Positions 37,111 to 50,517 of a stretch of 64,000 bases of DNA are shown here, one piece after another; the first letter of the stretch is position 1; each line of letters opens with the position of its first letter. The notes below the pieces were generated by a model. The model did not search any database and had not been told where the DNA came from. It was given only the letters and a program-made list of their open reading frames with translations. This DNA is from Convolutriloba macropyga (taxonomy: Eukaryota). The stretch lies in contig NC_134469.1 in assembly GCF_964194025.1 (NCBI RefSeq), forward strand, positions 1,922,001 to 1,986,000. The letters run 5' to 3'. Made by a program: the position numbers and the translations under genes.

Positions 37111-38850
37111 AAATTTCACTTTTTCAAGCAATTTTCACAATAATTTCTCCTCCTTTTTTTCTCATTTGCATATTCAGTTCGAGACTCTATTTGAAACTTC
37201 TCTCCAAATTTGATAATCAGCGACCTTTCAATTTTTATACTTCGCACCTACTTGCCAAATCAAACCTATGGGCCATTCAATCCATCAAATTAATACCACT
37301 TGTGTAATCTCAGAGTCGCAAGGTCTACGACTGATTTCAATGTAAATTCTGAGTCAAACAAACATCACAAATTTAAAATAATTAAAGCTAACCTGTACGT
37401 TAAAAAATTCACAGTGGATCATGTTTTGACGGCAATTGAGAGAGCTCTACTAAAAAAACTTGCCGTGTATCGCTATACAGAAGTATTGCTACGAACTTTT
37501 TTAGCTACAACTGGAATAAGAAGTTGAAGCTATGAGTCTCTTTATTCGAAAGAACCAGCGCGACGTGTGATAATTGCAATGCAACAAACAAGCATATCTT
37601 GGAACTAATTGCACTAAACCTTTTCACTGCCAGAAATTTAATTTGAGCCAAATTGTTGTTCACAAAAATGGTCAATCAAATGTTGGAACTCCGGTCTCAA
37701 CAAACTTTAACCCTTTTTTACTTCAATACTCTGGATGCTTCGAATTTTATTGGCGAACGTGGGCAGGGAATAACTTGGGACTGGACAGTTATCCAATTCA
37801 ATGTTTAGCTCAATTCTTTATTCAAAGGCAACAAAAGAACACAAACAAAAATTTAAAGATTCTGATTCCATATTAAAATTTAATATTATTATATTATTGT
37901 CAACAAGCAACAACCCTAACCACTTTTTCTCATATTAATTTTTTTAAAAAACTTGCCGTACAATCAACCATTATAAAAATTACAAAATCTATCAATCATA
38001 CGAGTAGGCAAAAAATCAGTTTGAGTTTGTACACTATTGGTAAAAACACAATCAACGTTAGGTAGTTTCCGCTTAGAGTATGCAAAGCTCAAGAAGTATT
38101 GCTAATTGAATTTCACGGCTCAGTCAATTTTGTTCTTCATTTCTCCAATGAAAGCTGTTTTTGTTAAATTAGTTTTAATAAATAGGTTAAAACACCTGAA
38201 AAGGCAAGGTATACTGAAAAGTTTTGGATGATGTACATTTGACGGACTGAGGAAGTTGGTCGTTGGAGGCAATAACATGATAATGAAATCCTGTCACTTT
38301 TCAAAAACATCATTCATATGCAAGCTGTAAGCAAAGTTCTTAGTCACTGTGTGGCCAAAAATAGGTTCACTTTGAGATATAAAATAAGGATATTGTTTGG
38401 CAAACTGACGAAAACATTCTGATTCTGGTGTGCGCTCAAACATTGACTCCGCAATTTTTAGTTAGTTTTCTTTGTCACTTCCGCTTTCTTTGTTTGTAAT
38501 TCTTTGTCGAGATTTTTTTGTTTGTCTACTTTTGTACTGGCGTCTTTCATTGAAATCACTTTCACAAACAGTTCGTTGCCTTCCCTTTTTTAGCAACTCT
38601 TCGAAAAGAGAAGTCTCGAATGGTTTCTGTTTTATGGTCAAGGAGATCGAATTCAGCAGCTGAGAGAGTCATTTCTGGTTGATACAAATCTCCTCGGATT
38701 TTGTTTTTGAGGAACCGGAGAGTTTAATAAAAGTTGTTTCGTGTGTTTTTACTGAGGCAAGATCAATTCGTTTGTTAGATCACAAAGTTTTTTGGAGAAC
38801 GTCACGATAATATTCAAAAAAATTCAGTGACAATTTATTTTGTTTCCCTT
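37110..38850. repeat. Further duplicated block: TIR fragment, capsid fragment(+), HYH gene(-), PC4-like(-)
   Basis: Collinear with 35405-37110 (period ~1.7 kb), including the same TIR-to-capsid junction CAGAGTCGCAA.GTCTACGA. Confidence 0.85.
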
Positions 38851-40099
38851 GAGAGAAAACAAACTTTAAATGTATCAATACACCGTAAGCGAGGTTTACA
38901 AAATGCCGCTAGCATTGATTTTAATTGAAAAAGAGTGCAATACCAATAAAACTTTTTAAGAGGACTTTTCCTTAATTCAGTTTTGTTTTTTTGATTGCCT
39001 ATATATGCTAAAAATAGAATTCAAACTCGAACATAACCAAATTTTGGTTCCCCGCCCGCGTTTTGTCCGCCATATAGTGACGTCATACAAGGACATCTCA
39101 ACGAGTTGTTTTCATCAAAAAAATGTGTTAATAGCCGTCAAAAATTGCTAAAAAATGCTTTTTGTGCTAATTCTCTCAAACATTTCATCCTCAATTTCAA
39201 CACAATAAATCATAACGACATTTCAAACTAAACCATTTTAAGTTTGAAAGCGTAAATTTCAGTGGACTGTTTCCTTTGCCTTTTTAATCAAAAAGACCAA
39301 AATTTTAACAAAAACGAAGACATAAACAACACCCAATTACTGATTATTATTTGTTTGAACAAATTTTAATCAAAATATTTTTCTTGCCGACTCCATTTTA
39401 ACTAGCAGAAAGCATTTTATTCCAGCTTCTAACCTCGAAAATTTCCAATTTTGCATTGTTTTTAACACTTGAATTCGCCAAAATCTAATTAGACCCATAT
39501 CACGCATTTCTAGATATAATATTGAACTCATAATACTGCTTTTTTAACCAGATTTCAGACACAATTTAAGTCCCAAATTTCTTCACTTTTTCAGTCAATT
39601 TTCACAAAAATTTCTCGTCCTTTTTTTCTCATTTGCATATTCGTTTCGAGTCTCTATTTGAAACTCCTCTCCAAATCTAAAAATCACCAACTTTTCAACT
39701 TTTTTTTACTTCGCACCTACTTGTCAATTCAAACAAATGTGCGATACAATCCATAAAATTAATACCACTTGTGTGATTTCAGATTCGCAAAACTATTAAA
39801 TTTCATACATTGGAAGCAAATCTTATAAAAATCACCAATCTTTTCTACCCTTACTTCAGTATTCCATCAGGTTAGTGACGTTCGATTTTCAATCCTCATT
39901 AGTTTTATTACAACAGAAAAAGTATTCAGAGTTTTAAAAAAGTCAGGATCAGTAACGGGGTGGGCCGTCTCCACCTCTGTCAAAACGTTAAGCATGATTC
40001 GTAACGGGTGGGGACCTCCCCACCCGTGACAAAACTTTATACACGATTCGCCAGGGGGGACGTCCCCCAGTTAAAATGCGTGTACATTAGTATACAATT
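38820..40099 (-). repeat. Right TIR of Polinton B (internally deleted relative to left)
   Basis: Inverted match to 15549-17280; subterminal hairpins at 40004-40027 and 40055-40068. Confidence 0.85.
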
Positions 40100-43000
40100 T
40101 CGAGATCTCCAAAAGTACATGCATTCAAAATAATTAAAAAAAGGTATTGAATAAATCAAAACTATACGCAAATCGCCTAATAAACTTCTGGTTATTGGTT
40201 GATATTACCAATTAAGCTTTTCGTTTTTGTATACAAAAACAGTAACCAAATGAAACTAATTGTCTTTCTTTTGGAATATTTTCATGCTAACTTCGCAAGA
40301 ACTCTGTTTAGGCTGTTTTGTAAACATGTTATCTCCCTCCGCTTCTACTTTAACAATGAAGTTAATCCTGTTTGGTTGCTCCTTGAAACCGAAAATGTTT
40401 CATACTGCTTAGTATGTTTTTGTGTTTTTATTATCAGCTCTTATGCGCCTTTGTTATGTTGTTACTGTTGCAGGATTGCACACTTTTTATCTGTTTCTGA
40501 GTAAATTTTTTGCAAAGCTTTGTCAGATTAAGCACAGAAATATTTGATTCAGGTGGTAGGACATATGATTCGAGAAGAACATCACGAAAATGATTATGGG
40601 TAAAGCGCATATAACACGTTTTTTGACCCATATAGTATATCCATTTGTTTGCTTCATTTTCTTTGCTGAAATTGTTTTTAAAAAACACATGAATGAAAGA
40701 TGAGACAGGATAACAAGTTTGAATACAAGAAGCTTAAAGTTACTTGATTTCTTACCATATATAGTGAGCAAAAGCAGCCGCCCTTTTACTTGAATCAACT
40801 CTTAAATATAAATTAAATGTTGGTTCAGGGTGTTTTCCTAAAAACCAACAGCTCTCAGTAGATTTTGTTATATTCGGGTTTATGTAATTATCGGCTCTAA
40901 ATCATTCCGTGTAGAGAAAAAGGTAGCTCTTATTTATTATCATTAAAAGTCAGTTCTTTATTTACAAGTACCTGTCTGTCTCAATAAAATAATTCCTTTT
41001 TTTCTCTTCAAGTTTTCCTCGTATTCACATCAACATAAAATACTTAGATTTTCTGCTAATTGTGAATTACAATATCACCTTAAACTTTTTGTGAGAAATC
41101 GTTAACTTATAAAAGAAAAATAAGGAGTCCTAAAACTGTGCATTGTGGTTTGCCAAGCTTCATCAAATTGTTTTCAGACATCTGGGAGCCTTTTTTAACG
41201 CACCGCAATCGTTCTTTGTGAAAAAATTGTAGTGGAACTTTCTCGAAAAACGATCACAGTGCGTTAAAGCAGCTGCATTTTTTTCCGATCTTTGTGTTTT
41301 TCTTTGATATTGCAGTGAAAAAAGCACTGAATCTGTTGACAGGTTTTTGTTTTGGAATCAAAATTTCTCTTTTTGAACTGATTTTTGATTGATGTAGTCC
41401 AACATTTGGGTTCACAATTGTGATCAAAAATGGTCGATAGTTGCTAATTTGAGTGGTTGATCGCTTTATTTTTAGAATTGGCGTGACATTCATCGTTCAC
41501 AATAATCGGAAAATTTTTTGAAAACAACTCTTAAAATTTAATTGCAGATTCCTATCAATTGATTGTTTTCCTATTTTTAAAGTCCACGCATGGTCAAATG
41601 CTAGACCTACTGATTTACTGTTGTTTAGGTTGACAAGGCTTGAACTTTAATGTTTTGATATTGAGGTAAACGAATCACCAGAATGCTTGCGAAATTAATC
41701 AATTGTTTTACTTAAGGGGTTGAAATTTTCAGTTATGTCTGGAATGCGTTTGCTTCAAATTCGGAAAAATTCATACCTTTGTTGCAATTTTCTGATTTTT
41801 AAAAATTTTCATTTCCGCTTCGATGTTTCAAATTTTATGAGAGTTGGCGAAAAACTGTTTATATACGTCTCTTAGTCTTCGTTTCACAAGGTAACGGCAT
41901 TTTTTGAACTCTCGGAAAATATCGCTGTTTTAATGAGTTTGTATCGGTTGTACAGCTGATGTCTTTCTGCAATTATTATTATCAATTTTGATATTAATTG
42001 GTTTAGCCTTTTTCTGCTTTGGTTTTTGAAGAATTAAAGATTCGTATCGGTGCAGGTTGTTCAAGTATAAATTGAAAACTTCCGTTAAATAGTGTATCAT
42101 TCCTATGAAATTTTTTGGTACACATGTCGCCAGTCCGCAAAAGCAACGGAATAAATCGTAAACTCAAAAACAGCAGTTATTTCAAAACGCAATTAAACAA
42201 AAAAATTATATACAATTCTATCCAATTTTCAATTGCTTTGAATTCCCATTAAGGACAAGATGAGATAACCATTTTGCTAATTGTTAGTTATAGTTGTGTT
42301 TTTAAGTTTTTAGTTGTATTGAGTCGTTAGATTTATCTCCCTGACACATATGAGCAAAGAATGTACAGATTAAAACCGGGTTGAAGTGACTGAGGTGTCA
42401 ATGACTGAGTAAACAAGAAATGATGAACAGGATTGAAAATAGATCTTATCTCTTTTGAATGGAATCAAATTTTTTCTCGGAGGAAAAACTCAATGGGGCA
42501 TTTGCTATCTTTGATATGGTTTTTTATATGACTTACTTCCAACGACCCTCTCAGGGCTGACCTATCGCGTTGACAAATCGTGGCAACAAATTATTATCAC
42601 TAAAGCTGACTCATGTTTTTGTGTACTATTTGCAAAACCCGTTTTATAAGTATTGTTGTGAACTAACAAGTAGAGGCTGATGTTTCACCCACATAGTGTA
42701 AATATATTGTGTAAAATACTAGAAGAGATCTGGGAGGTCCCAAAAAGGCAATCAGTGTAGCCCCGATTTGTTAAAGACAACATATGAACGAATCCAGTTT
42801 GCTTGACGCGGATTCAGAGCAGGTAACCAAGCAAGGATGGGAGTCCAGTGCTAGTACTTGGTTGAATCTTGGTGATGCAGCCAAGACGCGAGAACAGCGA
42901 AAGAAGAAGAGAACCTACAGGAAGAACTGTTTATCGTCGAGAGAAAGAAGATTGCTAGATGTTTTAAAACCCAAGCAATCAGAAGTTAAGTAAGTTATTC

Positions 43001-43172
43001 GCTTTTCAAGTTATTGAAAGGCTTTTTAAGTCATCGCTTTTTAAGTTACTTCGAAGTTTTGTATTCGCTGCTCTCCAATGTTGTTATTGTTTTTCCCATC
43101 TTCCGGAAAATTCTTTGAAAACGTCCTAGTGAACACATTTATCAGGTTCGTGTCTTGTCTAGTTTATTTTTT

Positions 43173-45155
43173 GGATCTTTTCCGTTGCCCCCAACTTAGC
43201 CAGGGCATATTTTTTGCACCACCCCTCCCCCCAGACCCACGTACCATACAAACAAACAATATTCTCTCAGGAAGGTACAACCCAAGGCGACCCCTTTGCG
43301 ATGTCGATGTATGAAATTGCCATTATTCCCCTAATTCAACTTCTTGACGATTGCTCCACTGTTCAAAAGTGGTATGCGGACGATGGCAATGCTGTCGGCT
43401 CTCTTGATAACGTGGAAAAGCTTTTGACTCATTGATAAAACATGGTCCTGCTTTCGGTTATCATCTTGCCAAATGCCACATCATTACTAAAGAACATCTT
43501 TTTACTAAACAACATCACAAGAAAAAGCACAGCAGATTTTTGTCAACGCCGAAGTGGAAATAGTTGACGTTTCTAGAGTACTGGGCAGTGTAATAGGCTC
43601 TGATAATGCAGAAAAGAAATTTGTAGAAAGATCACTAAAGCAGCAGAAATTGCTGTTAAAAAAGCTGGCCGCTCATGCCAATGTTTCACCTCAAAATGTT
43701 TATAAATCGTTCACTTCATCGGCTCAGCATAAACTGACTTTCTTAGTACGTACAACACCCAATATTGAAGACCTTTTTAAGAATGTGAGATATCAATCAA
43801 CAATGAGCTATTACCTAACCTATTAAAGAATCCCGCGTACAATCAAAAATACAGGAACATCTCGTTGCCGATAAGGGAGGGCGGCCTGAACATCCTTTTA
43901 ACCCGAAGACCGCCTTAAGGAATTTGAACGATCAGTTCAATTGTCAAGTAGTTTATCCCTAACTTTACCGGAAGTTGAAGTAAAGCAACAACAGATCATA
44001 CAAGAAATAAAAAAGGAGAAAGAGCTTGCTATCAAATCAAAAAAAGTTCGAAATTAAGAGCGAATTAAATAAGAACGAGATTCGTTCACTTGACTTAGCT
44101 AGTGAAAAGGAAGCATCAAGCTGGTTAAACGCTATGCCATTGAAGCGATATCACTTTGAACTAACTAAAAGCAAGTTTCGTGATGGCATAGCCTTTCGCT
44201 ATGGGTGGGACCCAGTGAAGATGCTATCACTAAGCGCATGCAATGAAAACTTCACTGATGCACATGCCCTCCACTGTCCGAAAGGAGATACACGCACATG
44301 AGACATAATGAACTCCGCGATTCCATTGCGAACTTGTTAAGTGAAGTCTGTCATGATATGGTGATCGAACCTCATCTTCAGCCGTTGCAAGGGGAAACCT
44401 TTGCTCTTAAATCAACAACTGATGATGATGCAAGATTAGATATCAAGGCCAACGGAATTTGGGAATCGAGGTTCAACAAAACCTATTTTGATGTTAAAAT
44501 TTTCAACCCGCTGGCAAAAAGTTGCCCTGAAAGCAGTAGCGAAGCCTTCAAGTATCATGAATCTATTGAAAAGAACAAGTATGAACAAAGAATAACTGTG
44601 GTTAAGAGAGCAACATTCTGTCCGCATGCACTGGTGGAGCTGGCCCATCAGCTTCAAAAGCGCTGAAACAACTGTTATCAGAGCTCTCTGCGCGAAAAGA
44701 AGACAGCTACGCTGATATCATATCATATCTGAGGACAAAAATCAGCTTTGCTCTCCTGAGGAGTTCCATGCTCTGCATTCGCGGGTCAAGGACTCTTAGG
44801 CGGCGCGAAATTGTTGATGCTTCGATGAGAGTTGTGGTTGAAGAAGGTAGGCTGCTAGTTTGACTCGTCCACGTTCGTGATTAGTTATTTGTTTTCTAAT
44901 GCTGTCTGTCTTTTGTTTTTCTTCCTCAGCTGTTTTTATATAATCATTTTATTGATAGATTTAATCAGTACGAAATGCTTTATCAAGACGTAGTGCTAGG
45001 AGGGCCCCGGACCGGCCAATATTACCCAGTGTTGGGGAGGGGCATTTCTTAATTTACTTTTTTTAAAAAAATTTTATAATGAATTGTTATGTAATGGCTC
45101 GTGTTCCGCAGATGAGGACGTATATCCTTCTGGTGGGCACAAACGGAAACGATCC
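43173..45155. mobile_element. Merlin-like MITE split by a CRE retrotransposon
   Basis: GGATCTTTTCCGTTGCCCCCAACTTAG at 43173 and GGGCACAAACGGAAACGATCC ending at 45155 match the TIRs of the 20550 MITE. Flanks TATTTTTT and TGTTGTTT (6/8). Confidence 0.65.
43250..44960 (+). mobile_element. CRE-clade non-LTR retrotransposon (RT + CCHC + restriction-like endonuclease), 5'-truncated, disrupted
   Basis: QEGTTQGDPFAM, WYADD, LP+.EGGL, ASSWL, C...H...C..G..RHNELRD, RLDIKA...YFDVKIFNP, KNKYE, ISFALLRS..LCIRGSR; stop at 44861-44863. Confidence 0.9.
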
Positions 45156-47028
45156 TGTTGTTTAGTTTCGACGCAGTCATTCCCCTCACAGTGTTGTGGC
45201 ACCAATATATGGATGCAGTGTTTCCCGAGTGAGTTTATAATATTAAGTTCGTCAAATTTTGAGCCAGCTGTTTTTGAAATGATCATAGGTTAACTCTTCA
45301 TTCTGATTTAAGGGAGAGAAATTTTGCGGACACAATGCGACTGTATAAATGCGAGTTCACGGGAGCTGTCCTGATCGGTAGGGAAAAATTACTCTCAAGC
45401 GAGATCTGTCAAATATTAATACATTTTGACAAATTTCCTGGTTAACCAACCTCTATACTTCCTTTGACTTTAGTGTCTGAATCCAAGTGTTTCTCGTATG
45501 TTGGAATCAATGGAATCGTTGTTCAAGATTTAAAGAAGTGCTTCAGAATTGTAACTCCAGAAAACCGGCTTATAAGTAAGTGATGGTTAAAAGTAGTCAT
45601 TTTGTAGCTAAAAATATTGGGTAAAATTCCAAACTATTTGTTCAGTTATACCCAAAACTGGATCAGTGTTCATCATTCATCACGGAAACTTCGAAATACG
45701 ACTGCGGGGTGAATTTTTGTGCAATAAATCTTATGAAAGATCACGTTCGAAAGCGAAAGTCCAGAACATCAAACGGAAGTATAATTTCTGATCACTCAAT
45801 CTGAAAACTGATTATTGTATTGTTTTTTTTTTGAATTTAAATCGCTTTCCTTAACCGTTTTTTAAATTAGTTGCCGAATCAAAGGAAGAAATGTTGACGG
45901 TGTTTTGTCATTTGAATAGATATCATGGAATCGAATTTTGTTAAAATTCGTGAAGTCATGTATTTGCCTGGTCCCTTTATGAACTGATTTTTCACCATTT
46001 ATTTGAGCGTAATTTTATTGTCAGACTTGAAATGAGACATCGTATGCAAGTTGTTTTTGTTTTTCAGTTTTGAATGAGAAGTTAGAAAAATTGATGATTT
46101 ATTGCAACTTAGATTCCAGATGTAATCTCGATGATCTTGTCTGCTACTCCGGGCGTTGCTATATCTTCAGCGACTCTCGATGTCAGCATCAATCAATTTA
46201 TCATATCTTTGTTTCATATGTGAGTATTGTATCCAGAATAATAATTTCGAGCCAAGAATATTAGCACTTAGAAAAATGCGAGTTTGACCATGGTGAGAAT
46301 TCATGGTATTTATACAATTTAGGACTAGTTCTTCAATTCAAGCTATAAAGAAGTTAAATATGTTGTCTTATATATTCATTGTTGTTGATGGCCTTTTTCA
46401 ATTTCTGGTAACTTGGCATGAACGTAGGTTTGACATTAAATTCTATGCCCATTTTTTGAGACATTATAAAATAAAATTGTTAATTTTTTGCTGAGATTTG
46501 ACGGAAAACATTCGAGTGTTCATGGTGACTAATATCGTAATCTTTTGAAAAAAAAAAACAGTTTGCGAGAAGACTGATGGACTGGGTGCTCCTAGTCCTC
46601 AAATTTGGAAAAGGAGATCTATGGAAAAACAGGAATTAATATTTCCGTACAGAAGTATAATTCAGCTTGCTGTTTCGATAGCTCAGCTTTTTTTTAATTT
46701 TTCAGATGTAACAAAACAATTTTTAATCGCTCTCAAACGAAGTTATTTTAGACCTGTGGTCTTTTTACGAAAAGAGTATTGGTATTCTATTGGTTTTTAA
46801 AACTGAATCAAGTTTGCTCATCACCTGAACTTCGACTTTTGTTTTCGAACATTGACTCCTGTTTTAGGATGTTGATTTCTGTGTGCGAACATTGAACTTT
46901 GACCTTTTTTTTTTACTAATACTTTAGTAAGTAGGCTGGTGAAGTTCGACAGGTCAATTATAGAAGTTTGGTTCCCATGACAGTCCATCCGTCCTATCCA
47001 AATTTCTAAACATCACCCCCGCCTACCT

Positions 47029-48968
47029 ACCCTACCACCCCAAATCTACCTACCCCTCCTCATACCTACTCCACCTACATACATACCCCCTCATCGCCTT
47101 CTGACTCCTTGCCATTAGCCTATCAACCCCCCCCCCCCTCCCCCTCCCGCCAACCTTAACCCTTAAACATAAATATTTTGGCTGCTTTTTGTTGAAAACA
47201 CTCCAGTTCTATTATGCAATTATTTTTTTCTTTTGCTTTGATAATTCCCTTGTAGGTAGAACACCGGCTCTTTTAAAAAATTGAGGTGTTGCGTTGTACG
47301 GACCTCCAGTCGTTTCCGGTATTCTACCGGCTATTTTTTTTCGCTGGACCAATTTTTGTTGTGTGAACTTTTTAACTTTTCATCCTCAAAAAAGTTTTAA
47401 ACTTTTCATCCATAAACACGTAAAGACCGGAGGGCATTAAGTGGCTGACCAGCTCTATTAGAGCCTTACTGGTATCCAAGTATGCGATTCACCGAAACAG
47501 TTGAGGACTCCCTTCCCCTAATGCTATCATCCCTAAGCCCCAGCTGACTAACATCGAAGCCAACCTGTTGTTGGTCGTTCGAGAGCAATTTTTCATATTT
47601 TGATGAATTATGTAGCCGGCTCGTGGATAATCGAAAATGATAGTAAGATTTTTAGAAGAGCAAATTTGGCTTAATAATGTTAAATTCTCTCTTTTTTTGC
47701 ATCTTAAAGGCTCTTTTTTGAAAATTCCGATTATTCTGATTAGTGGAGTACCAGAGCGAGTTATGTAATATCTTTAAAATTGTGCCTCCTTGGTTTAAGA
47801 TTAGTAATTGAAAACAGCCTTTACTATTGGGCAATCATAACTTATCTAACAAATCGGGGATCTTTTCTGTATGGGTCCTCAGTGTTTTTTATGCCCACAA
47901 AATACAATTTACGAGTTGTTATATTGCTTTTTATACTGTAAAAAGTACATGCGTGCGTATAGATATGCCCACTAGGATGGGGAGGGGGTGGCGAAACCCT
48001 ACCACCCCAAATCTACCTACCCCTCCTCATACCTACTCCACCTACATACATACCCCCTCATCGCCTTCTGACTCCTTGCCATTAGCCTATCAACCCCCCC
48101 TCCCCCTCCCGCCAACCTTAACCCTTAAACATAAATATTTTGGCTGCTTTTTGTTGAAAACACTCCAGTTCTATTATGCAATTATTTTTTTCTTTTGCTT
48201 TGATAATTCCCTTGTAGGTAGAACACCGGCTCTTTTAAAAAATTGAGGTGTTGCGTTGTACGGACCTCCAGTCGTTTCCGGTATTCTACCGGCTATTTTT
48301 TTTCGCTGGACCAATTTTTGTTGTGTGAACTTTTTAATTTTCAAACTTTTCATCCTCAAAAAAGTTTTAAACTTTTCATCCATAAACACGTAAAGACCGG
48401 AGGGCATTAAGTGGCTGACCAGCTCTATTAGAGCCTTACTGGTATCCAAGTATGCGATTCACCGAAACAGTTGAGGACTCCCTTCCCCTAATGCTATCAT
48501 CCCTAAGCCCCAGCTGACTAACATCGAAGCCAACCTGTTGTTGGTCGTTCGAGAGCAATTTTTCATATTTTGATGAATTATGTAGCCGGCTCGTGGATAA
48601 TCGAAAATGATAGTAAGATTTTTAGAAGAGCAAATTTGGCTTAATAATGTTAAATTCTCTCTTTTTTTGCATCTTAAAGGCTCTTTTTTGAAAATTCCGA
48701 TTATTCTGATTAGTGGAGTACCAGAGCGAGTTATGTAATATCTTTAAAATTGTGCCTCCTTGGTTTAAGATTAGTAATTGAAAACAGCCTTTACTATTGG
48801 GCAATCATAACTTATCTAACAAATCGGGGATCTTTTCTGTATGGGTCCTCAGTGTTTTTTATGCCCCCAAAATACAATTTACGAGTTGTTATATTGCTTT
48901 TTATACTGTAAAAAGTAGCATGCGTGCGTATAGATATGCCCACTAGGATGGGGAGGGGGTGGCGAAAC
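47029..48968. repeat. Near-perfect tandem duplication, ~970-bp unit x2
   Basis: 47029-47997 is repeated at ~47996-48968; differences are C-run length, a short indel and a few substitutions. Confidence 0.95.
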
Positions 48969-49541
48969 AGTATAGATCACAAATCATTAAGGTTTTGTAG
49001 GTTTTTGAGATATTCTCTTTGAGCCCCCAACTTTTGTGAGTATTAAGAATGTGATTTAAAATTGAAATTTGTATGTTTTCAGACATTATAAGTGAGTTAT
49101 ACATTTTTGCCTAATCGATATTTAACCGTCATTTCCAAAATTACTGTTTAGTTGTTCAAAATTGTTCGCCGATTTACGTATTGCTTTGACCTTTTAGTTT
49201 CGCGTTGCCTATCCTTGAAGCATGCTGATATTTTTACCCTTATAGATAGAAGTTCAGAAACTTTTTCAATATAAATTTATCGAAGAAAGACAAGTAAAAA
49301 TAAACAGATGAGAAAATGTTAACAAAATTTGAACCACCTCAATTTTTCTGGAAATTTAGAATAAAAGCTGTTAAATATCAACCTTTGTTTGCAAAAACGT
49401 AATGAGGTTTTTGGTTCGTCAAATTTCGAATAGTTGCCTAATTTGTGTCTAGGAAATAAATACCCACGGAGAAAGCCCACCAAATTTTAAATAATTGCCG
49501 AGAGAAGCTCTGCTAATAAGAGTTTGCTTGTTTTTCTTCAG

Positions 49542-50100
49542 GAACTGTCACTTGTAACAACGTAGACCCAGACGCGACAGTGAATGTGAACCATCAAAAT
49601 ATCAACCAGACACAAGCTACGAATGAAGGCAAAAGTTTCTTTGTCTACACAGCAATAGGATTCAAAATCACGCATGATGTCACAACACATTACTGCCGAG
49701 AACAGTTTTTGACCGATTACGGCGAAAACATCACAAGTAGTTTGGTAGAATCGCTGAAAGATATTCTGAACCTTAATGCTGCTCAACAAGTTGATGTCCG
49801 ACAATTTCACTGTTATTATGAGAAACTTGAAGCTTTGGTCTATATTGGAAATTTCTCGACCTACAATGAAGCCGAAGAGTCGCGTCAAATTCTGAAAAAC
49901 CTCCCGGATGTTGAATTCGTACTGGATGTTGCAGCATCAGATTTCGAATTGCTGCTAGTTCAGATTGCGGTTGAAGTTTCAGAGATTGGTGGTGACCGAA
50001 GATCGAATAGAAGCTACTGGAAACAGAATTTCATTTTTGGAGGGACGATCGTTGGTTTGATCTTGTTTGTGGTCTTGTTCACTCTCGTGTTCACAATAAG
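49542..50100 (+). CDS. Host single-pass membrane protein, internal exon (SEA-like ectodomain + TM); 5' exon(s) not located
   Basis: Acceptor TTTTTCTTCAG at 49541; open frame; N-glycosylation sequons; TM FIFGGTIVGLILFVVLFTLVFTI; donor AG|GTTAGA (phase 2). Confidence 0.75.
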
Positions 50101-50517
50101 GTTAGAACAATTATTTGATTTCTTGAGTGGTTTGTGGATAATCGTTGATTTTGCTTAAATTAGCTTTTTATAGAATTTTTAGAGACAAAAGAGCTGTGTT
50201 TTACAAGACGCTTTGGCATTTAATTGAGCTTCAAAAATCATAACCATTGAATTCGTCAACCTTGTGGTTTTCGGTTGGATAATTTTGTATCATGAATTGT
50301 GGTCGGACATTCCGATTCGGAGATTGCAACAAAATTGCAATGTTTTCGAAATTGGTGGAGCAGCTGTACGAAATTCATTCGTTTAAATAATTCTTTGTGA
50401 ACTGTTGATAGTTTTTAGGGAAACAGTTATGCGCGTTTTTCTAGCGTTGCCAACTCGTTAATAAATGCATTGAGCGCATGAATTTCATAAAAGCAAATGT
50501 TCAGAAATAGAAGTTAC

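Larger units (their letters stand above)
15549..40099 (+). mobile_element. Polinton/Maverick element B, both ends present, heavily decayed and rearranged, no polymerase seen
   Basis: Long TIRs. Ends ATTAGTATACTAAT.. and ..ATTAGTATACAATT (degenerate AGTAGT/ACTACT). Flanks CCGAAA and TCGAGA (4/6, degenerate 6-bp TSD). ATPase, integrase, and minor and major capsid remnants inside. Confidence 0.88.

Noticed and set aside
42650-43060. Possible solo LTR (minus strand ending GGGGCTACA)
   Set aside because: No second LTR, TSD or clear other boundary.
46113-46219. Exon-like segment (CYSGRCYIF, C-type-lectin-like; GTGAGT donor) as upstream exon of the membrane protein
   Set aside because: Its open frames end in phase 0 or 2, while the 49542 exon needs phase 1; too short to assign.
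47445-47510. Hammerhead ribozyme
   Set aside because: The core reads CTGACCA (CTGAGAA in the 56.8-kb copy), not CUGANGA, and no stem II closes directly onto GAAA; kept only as a weak structured-repeat finding.
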